64,000 nucleotides of DNA from Pseudomonadota bacterium (GTDB lineage Bacteria > Pseudomonadota > Alphaproteobacteria > Rhodobacterales > Rhodobacteraceae): contig JBCCRM010000021.1 in the NCBI GenBank assembly GCA_039513195.1, positions 1,476 through 65,475 on the forward strand. Direction: 5' to 3'. The notes under the pieces were generated by a model that was given only the letters and a program-made list of their open reading frames with translations, did not search any database and was not told where the DNA came from. A program made the translations under genes and the position numbers. Positions 58,749-64,000 of the stretch are shown piece by piece. Position 1 is the stretch's first letter. Each line of letters starts with the position of its first letter.

Positions 58749-59717
58749 TCACTCCGCAGCCTGGGCAAGGTCCGCCGTCTCGGCCAGGAATTTCTCCGCC
58801 TCCAGCGCCGCCATGCAACCCATACCGGCCGATGTTACGGCTTGGCGGAAGACATGGTCGGTCACGTCGCCAGCAGCAAATACTCCGGGTACCGAGGTGA
58901 CCGTGGAAAAGCCATGGGTTACGACATAGCCGCCGTTATGGGTTTCCAACTGGTCTGTCACCAATTCGGACGCCGGGGCATGGCCGATCGCGATGAAGAC
59001 GCCCGCGGCCTCGATGCTCTGCGTTGCGCCTGTCGCCGCGTGGGCAAGGCGCGCCCCTGTAACGCCTTCGGTCGGGCTGCCGAGGATTTCGTCCACCGTG
59101 TGGTCCCAGAGGACTTCGATCTTCGGGTTCGCTAGCAAGCGCTTCTGCAAGATCGCTTCGGCCCGCAGAGTGTCGCGGCGGTGCACAAGCGTGACCTTCG
59201 AGGCGAGATTGGCGAGGTAGAGAGCCTCTTCTACCGCTGTGTTGCCGCCGCCGACCACGATCACCTCCTTGCCGCGGAAAAAGAACCCGTCGCAGGTCGC
59301 GCAGGCGGAGACGCCGAACCCCTTGAACTTCTCTTCAGACGGCAGGCCAAGCCATTTCGCCTGCGCACCCGTGGCCAGGATCACGGTATCCGCGAGCCAA
59401 GTGGTGCCGTCGTCGGTCTCCGCCACAAAAGGCCTCCGCGACAGGTCGAGCCGATTGACATGGTCCGAGACAATTTCGGTACCGACGGATTTGGCATGAG
59501 CCTCCATCTGCACCATCAGCTCCGGCCCCTGGGTGGTGATCAGTCCGGGCCAGTTTTCTACCTCGGTGGTGATGGTGAGCTGGCCGCCCGGTTGGATGCC
59601 CTGAATAAGCACCGGGTCCAACAGCGCCCGCGCCGCATAGACCGCAGCGGTGTAGCCGGCCGGGCCGGAGCCGATGATCAAAACGCGTATGTGGCGGGTC
59701 TCTGCCGTTTCGGACAT
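58749..59717 (-). CDS. trxB: thioredoxin-disulfide reductase
   Basis: GSGPAGYTAA, redox CATCDG, GGGNTAVEEA. Confidence 0.95.
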   Translation of the reverse strand: MSETAETRHIRVLIIGSGPAGYTAAVYAARALLDPVLIQGIQPGGQLTITTEVENWPGLITTQGPELMVQMEAHAKSVGTEIVSDHVNRLDLSRRPFVAETDDGTTWLADTVILATGAQAKWLGLPSEEKFKGFGVSACATCDGFFFRGKEVIVVGGGNTAVEEALYLANLASKVTLVHRRDTLRAEAILQKRLLANPKIEVLWDHTVDEILGSPTEGVTGARLAHAATGATQSIEAAGVFIAIGHAPASELVTDQLETHNGGYVVTHGFSTVTSVPGVFAAGDVTDHVFRQAVTSAGMGCMAALEAEKFLAETADLAQAAE

Positions 59718-59774
59718 TTTGCTCTCCTTCTCGCGCCCCTACATATCGCCGCTGCACAGTCTCTCCAAGGGGCC

Positions 59775-60782
59775 TCACGGATGCGTGCCGCGCTCGAACA
59801 GAGGGTCGAGAAAAGCGGCCACCCGGTCGGCTTCGGCCAGCGGTGTATAGTCCCAGCTATCCAGAACACCGCGGAATGGCCTGGCGGCGCCATGGTCCTG
59901 CAGCGTGCGGTGAAAAGCACGGATCTTTGTCGCCACGCGGGCGACGGGAAAGATATGGACGGGGAGCCCGGTTGACGCCGCCTCACAGGCCATGTTGACG
60001 CTGTCTTGCGTGACCAACACCGCGTCGGCGAGACCGAGGATGGCCGGGTAGGGGTTATCTCCCGTCCCGTCCCACAAGAAGGCGCTTTCGGGCAGTTTCA
60101 CCTGAAGGCGTCGCAGGAGGCCGGGCGGTGTGCGGCGGGATGGCGTGATGAGCAGCGACCAGCTCTGCGTCTCGATTTGGCCGAGCGCCTGGCAGAGCTG
60201 CGTCTCGTCGGCAACGCTCCATCGCGCCGACCGGCTCGGGCCGCCCAAAAGAACCGCCAGCCGCGGTGGTGGCCATCGGGTGAGACGCGCGCGCCACCGG
60301 TCCGCTTCAGCGGCGAGACCGGCTGGGGCGAGGCGCCCGATGGCGCCGACGGTCTCGATGGCATTCGGTGCCCGCATCCGATCATGGCTCGGCGCGATCA
60401 GGTGGTCGAAATGCATTGCCGAAAGACCGGGATTCAGGATTTGCACCGCCGGAACCCCGTACTGCGCACGCAGAAATGCCAGTATCGGTGCGGTGCGGCG
60501 CCCTGCGGCAATCGCCAGATCGGGCCAAGGCGGTGCGAGCGATGCTGCACCTTCGGTGGGTGTCGGGACGCCGTTTCGGAGAAGTCGAAGCAGGACACCC
60601 GATGGCAAAGCGGCAGCCCAGCGGTGCAAGGGCAGCGCCAGCCTCTCTATCCGCGCCGGGAGGCGCCGGGCGAGCGCTTCCGCTAGGCCGAGGGCTTGGG
60701 CGTCATGTCCCGCCCGCCCGTCCGAGAGCACCCAGAGGCGATGCGCCCCGGCGGGTTTTTCGTCCGCCCGCCCGATGTCCAT
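59775..60782 (-). CDS. ELM1/DUF1022 family protein (putative glycosyltransferase-like)
   Basis: ATG at 60782. LWVLSDGRAGHDAQALGLAEAL is the N-terminal motif I recall for the family. Confidence 0.6.
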   Translation of the reverse strand: MDIGRADEKPAGAHRLWVLSDGRAGHDAQALGLAEALARRLPARIERLALPLHRWAAALPSGVLLRLLRNGVPTPTEGAASLAPPWPDLAIAAGRRTAPILAFLRAQYGVPAVQILNPGLSAMHFDHLIAPSHDRMRAPNAIETVGAIGRLAPAGLAAEADRWRARLTRWPPPRLAVLLGGPSRSARWSVADETQLCQALGQIETQSWSLLITPSRRTPPGLLRRLQVKLPESAFLWDGTGDNPYPAILGLADAVLVTQDSVNMACEAASTGLPVHIFPVARVATKIRAFHRTLQDHGAARPFRGVLDSWDYTPLAEADRVAAFLDPLFERGTHP

Positions 60783-60886
60783 TTCGACCCTCGAATTGAA
60801 ATTTTGTTGCTCAGCAACGGCCCTGGCAGTACATAGCGCCCGCAAGATGCCGGGCGGTTTTGGCTTTGGCGACCGAAGGGGCGGCG

Positions 60887-61387
60887 ATGTCAGCCAATAA
60901 GCTCGACCATATCGATTACAGGATCCTCGCCGAGCTGCAAGCCAACGGGCGTATGACGAATGTGGAATTATCGCGCCGCGTCGGTATCTCGGCGCCGCCA
61001 TGCCTGCGCCGGGTCCGTGCCTTGGAGGAGGCTGGACTGATCGACGGCTATCACGCGCGGGTCAATTCGCGGGCGCTGGGCTTCGAGGTCACGGTCTATG
61101 CCATGGTTAGCCTGAAGAGCCAGGCTGCGGCGGATCTGGCAGCCTTTGAGGAGCAGGTGCGCGCCTGGCCGTTGGTGCGCGAATGCCTGATGCTGACCGG
61201 GGAGATCGACTTTCTGCTGAAATGCGTGTCGCCTGATCTATTGGGGTTCCAGACATTTCTGACCGAGGAGCTGATTGCGGCGCCGAATGTCGCCTCGGTG
61301 AAGACATCGCTGGTGATACGGAGCGCCAAGGAGCTTCCGGGCGTGCCCTTCGAGGCCACGGATCTTTGCACTGCGGAGAGCGCCTGA
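60887..61387 (+). CDS. lrp: Lrp/AsnC family transcriptional regulator
   Basis: LDHIDYRILAELQANGRMTNVELSRRVGIS helix-turn-helix and a RAM domain. ATG at 60887 after GAAGGGG. Confidence 0.9.
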   Translation: MSANKLDHIDYRILAELQANGRMTNVELSRRVGISAPPCLRRVRALEEAGLIDGYHARVNSRALGFEVTVYAMVSLKSQAAADLAAFEEQVRAWPLVRECLMLTGEIDFLLKCVSPDLLGFQTFLTEELIAAPNVASVKTSLVIRSAKELPGVPFEATDLCTAESA

Positions 61388-61738
61388 CGCCAAAGGGGTG
61401 GCCGGACTGCAGCGCTGAGGATTTCAGGTGCTGCCGTTGCACACTCAGCTTTCGGATAGTTTCCGCCATGCCAAGGGGATCGATTGGCTGGCATAGGATC
61501 TCGCCTTTCTGAGCAAGATTTAGCACGTCTCGTTGGCGGGTAATTTGCTTGATGCGCGCCTGGTGCATTCCGCCATCCCTGCGAGGCGGCCTATGCGTCT
61601 GTTCCCTGTCTCTCGGCCATCACGGCGGTAACGGTCGAATGGAGCCAGCGCCTCGAGATCGCGACCTTTTTAGGCAGCTCGGCGGAGGCGGCCCTTCCCG
61701 CGCAGGGGCTGCGCGTGCGGTTCGGCGCCGACAGAGCG

Positions 61739-61948
61739 TTAGGGTGCCCGGGGTGTCGGGATGTGGATTTGCGCCTCCAGCGCCATCAGGGCCGACTGTG
61801 CCCGGCGCCGTTCTGCCAGCAAATGGTTGTATTGGGCGTCGCAGCCGGCGACCGGGGCTGGATAGGCCCGGATCTCCTGGGTAAGGGCGGCCGTCGCGGT
61901 CTTTAAAGCCGCCTTCGCCACGGCCAGGTCATCGCGGTAATCGGTCAT
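61739..61948 (-). CDS. small hypothetical protein
   Basis: 69 aa. Strong AGGGAGGA Shine-Dalgarno site 6 nt before the ATG at 61948. Lies downstream of the M24 peptidase gene. Confidence 0.5.
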   Translation of the reverse strand: MTDYRDDLAVAKAALKTATAALTQEIRAYPAPVAGCDAQYNHLLAERRRAQSALMALEAQIHIPTPRAP

Positions 61949-62013
61949 TGCCGATCCTCCCTTTGCTGTTGAGCAAGAGCTAACCCCACCCTTCCGGGGC
62001 CGCAAGCCCGCGG

Positions 62014-63150
62014 TCAGACTACCGCCATGGCCAGCGGCATGCGCGACAGCGGCTCGGCCCCCGCCTCGGTCACCAGGGAACTGCGGCCGAGGCACATTGC
62101 AGTACCCGTGTCGGAATCCATCAGGATCATGTGCAAAAAGAACACCATGCCCGTCTCCATCACCGTCTTGGCGCCGGCATAGAACATCTGGTCCTCCATC
62201 CAACCAGGGGCGAAGCGGGCGCCCAGGGCATAGCCGCAGGCGTTCAGCCGGTGGGCGCCGAAGCCGGCGCTATCGAGCACCGCAGCATGGGTGTCGAACA
62301 CTGCGCCCATCGGTTCGCCGGAGCGGAGGCGGTCCTCGCAGGCGAGCAGCGCCTCCTCCACCGCGGCCTGCATCGATTGGTGCTGGGGCCGGGGCCCGCC
62401 TAACAGGATCGTTTTGAAGAGGCAGGAATGGTAGTGGCGGAAGGTTCCCGCCCATTCGATATTGAGTTGATCTTGCGCCTCGAGCGCTCGCCTGCTCGCC
62501 TGATAGCGGCAGAGGAGCGCATGATCGCCTGCGCCCACGATGAATTCGTTGGCAGGATAATCGCCTCCGCCCGAGAAGATTGCGTGATGCATCGCAGCGA
62601 GGATATCGCCCTCGTCCACCCCCGGTTTGCAGGTTGCCAACGCCGCGTCCCAGGCGGCATCAGCCAATTCCGCAGCGCGCCTGGTGTAGACGATTTCGGC
62701 CGGGCTCTTGACCAGCCTCAGCTCGCCGATCAGGTCAGAGACATCGACTAGATCCGGCAGCTGGGCCGCAACCCGTGCGCCGTTTTGGTGGGTGAGGCCG
62801 TGGGTCCGCGTCTCCCATCCCAGCCGCCTGCCAGCGAGCCCCATCTCGGTCAGCAAAGCCACGAGATCGGTGCTTGGATCGGCCCCCTCCGCATCGCGCC
62901 AGATCCGGATGTCTTTGACTGTCGAGGTCAACTGTGCCTGGCGCAGGTCCGCGGACCGCGTCAGCAGCACCGGCTCGCGCTCAGAGATCACCATGCACTG
63001 GAAGAAACAGAAGCCGAAGGTGTCATACCCGGTCAGCCAATAATGGCTCTCCGGCGCGAAGAGGAGCAGCGCGTCGAGCCCTCGCTCGGCCATGGCGGCG
63101 CGGGTGCGGGCCACGCGGCCGGCGAATTCGTCTTCGGTGAAATGCAGCAT
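62014..63150 (-). CDS. M24 family metallopeptidase (Xaa-Pro peptidase / creatinase-like)
   Basis: ATG at 63150 gives MLHFTEDEFAGRVARTRAAMAERGLDALLLF (creatinase-type N-domain) followed by a pita-bread C-domain. Confidence 0.8.
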   Translation of the reverse strand: MLHFTEDEFAGRVARTRAAMAERGLDALLLFAPESHYWLTGYDTFGFCFFQCMVISEREPVLLTRSADLRQAQLTSTVKDIRIWRDAEGADPSTDLVALLTEMGLAGRRLGWETRTHGLTHQNGARVAAQLPDLVDVSDLIGELRLVKSPAEIVYTRRAAELADAAWDAALATCKPGVDEGDILAAMHHAIFSGGGDYPANEFIVGAGDHALLCRYQASRRALEAQDQLNIEWAGTFRHYHSCLFKTILLGGPRPQHQSMQAAVEEALLACEDRLRSGEPMGAVFDTHAAVLDSAGFGAHRLNACGYALGARFAPGWMEDQMFYAGAKTVMETGMVFFLHMILMDSDTGTAMCLGRSSLVTEAGAEPLSRMPLAMAVV

Positions 63151-63163
63151 GCGGTGTCCGGTG

Positions 63164-63946
63164 TCAGAGGGTAATGGCGGCGACGAGGCGGCCATAGTCG
63201 GGCTCGTCGCGATGGGTCGCCCGGCGGTAGGAAAAGAAGCGCCCCTCGTCCGAGTAGGTGCAGTGCCCGGTCCATTCGGCGGCGATGCCGGCGGCGCGGA
63301 GGCGGGCCAGCACGTAGGAGGGAAGGTCGAACTGCGCCCGCTCGCCCACGCCCTGGGCGAAGAAGCGGGCGTTGTCGGGGTCGTCGTCGAGGAAGCGGTC
63401 CAGGAATTCGGGCCCCACCTCATAGGCGCGTTGGCTGATGGTTGGGCCGATCACGGCCTGGACCGCATCCCGCCTGGCGCCGAGGTCCTCCATCGCTGCG
63501 ACCGTCGCCTCGGCCACCCCGGCAAGGGCACCCTTCCATCCGGCATGGGCGGCGCCGATCACGCGCGCTTCGGGATCGGCGAAGAGAATCGGGGCGCAAT
63601 CGGCGGTGAGGATGCCGAGGGCCAGGCTGGGACGGTTAGTGACCATAGCATCCGCCCTGGGCCGCTCGGCCCAGGGTTCGGTCACAGTGACGACTTCCGC
63701 CGAATGGATCTGATGGAGCGAGAGGAGCTGGGTACCTGCCAGTGCCTCCTCGATGCGGCGGCGGTTTTCCGAAACAGCGCCCAGCTCGTCGGTCGAACCG
63801 GGGCCGCCATTGAGGCTGTCGTAAATGCCGGTTGAAACGCCGCCTTGCCGAGTGAAGAAGCCGTGATTTACCGGCCGCAGTGCCGGGGCCTGGATTGGGT
63901 AAAGCCCGGGGGGCAAGGCACCCGTCTCGGCTTCCTCGGCAGTCAT
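63164..63946 (-). CDS. pgeF: peptidoglycan editing factor PgeF (YfiH/laccase-domain family)
   Basis: HGFFTRQGGVS, LHQIHS, DCAPILF and AHAGWKG motifs. Confidence 0.9.
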   Translation of the reverse strand: MTAEEAETGALPPGLYPIQAPALRPVNHGFFTRQGGVSTGIYDSLNGGPGSTDELGAVSENRRRIEEALAGTQLLSLHQIHSAEVVTVTEPWAERPRADAMVTNRPSLALGILTADCAPILFADPEARVIGAAHAGWKGALAGVAEATVAAMEDLGARRDAVQAVIGPTISQRAYEVGPEFLDRFLDDDPDNARFFAQGVGERAQFDLPSYVLARLRAAGIAAEWTGHCTYSDEGRFFSYRRATHRDEPDYGRLVAAITL

Positions 63947-64000
63947 TCCATGCCCTCCGATCTTGTCATCGCCATCCGCTCATAGCCTGCGGGCCTGGGC
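63943..64000 (-). CDS. 3' end of an unidentified upstream gene (partial)
   Basis: Open frame ...PRPAGYERMAMTRSEGME* whose TGA overlaps the pgeF ATG (ATGA). Truncated by the window edge. Confidence 0.3.
   Translation of the reverse strand, partial: PRPAGYERMAMTRSEGME

Noticed and set aside
61388-61500. Minus-strand peptide MAETIRKLSVQRQHLKSSALQSG, reminiscent of FitA/VapB-type antitoxin N-termini (TIRNL...).
   Set aside because: The frame runs into the antisense of lrp. No partner PIN toxin is present, and the similarity is limited to about 5 residues.
60887-63150. M24 peptidase plus Lrp/AsnC regulator interpreted as an ectoine-degradation (DoeA/DoeX-like) module.
   Set aside because: No DoeB/C/D or Eut genes or ectoine transporters are nearby. 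lrp is adjacent to trxB as in the usual housekeeping arrangement. Sequence alone cannot distinguish DoeA from other creatinase-fold peptidases.

Overview
High-GC alphaproteobacterial chromosomal segment. Gene content and synteny look Rhodobacterales-like, but this is judged from memory of families, not from a search. It is densely coding, with about 70 genes that are mostly housekeeping or catabolic.

Main blocks, in order:
- A hydantoin/dihydropyrimidine-type cluster (M20 amidohydrolase plus dihydropyrimidinase) fused to a NitT/TauT-type ABC importer.
- A CHASE4-like histidine kinase with a single-domain receiver.
- A Liv-type ABC operon.
- yhhQ-arfB.
- A cytochrome P450, mcl1 (ethylmalonyl-CoA pathway) and an orphan RTX serralysin.
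- accA and ftsE-ftsX-plsC.
- The conserved run zinc-ribbon protein / TIGR02302-like protein / lysA / lipoprotein / argH / tlpA.
- cytochrome b561 with two YceI genes.
- hbd and etfBA.
- parC, trxB, lrp, an M24 peptidase and pgeF.

I found no rRNA, tRNA, CRISPR array, intact transposase or integrase, or recognisable defence system. I also cannot point to a convincing new multi-gene system.

The places that do not look like plain core genome are:
1. An AT-rich islet (about 12.0-13.8 kb) carrying a small bacterial SET-domain methyltransferase.
2. A plus-strand orphan with a WYL-like core wedged between hbd and etfA.
3. A roughly 2.5 kb gene-decay tract (28.4-30.9 kb) with a multiply frameshifted MalK/UgpC-type ABC ATPase relic.
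4. An HNH-endonuclease pseudogene absent from the ORF track (no start codon, internal TAG) lying in frame directly behind the stop of a coiled-coil orphan.
5. Two orphan ORFs translationally coupled inside the hydantoinase cluster.

All family calls rest on motifs read from the translations, not on database searches.
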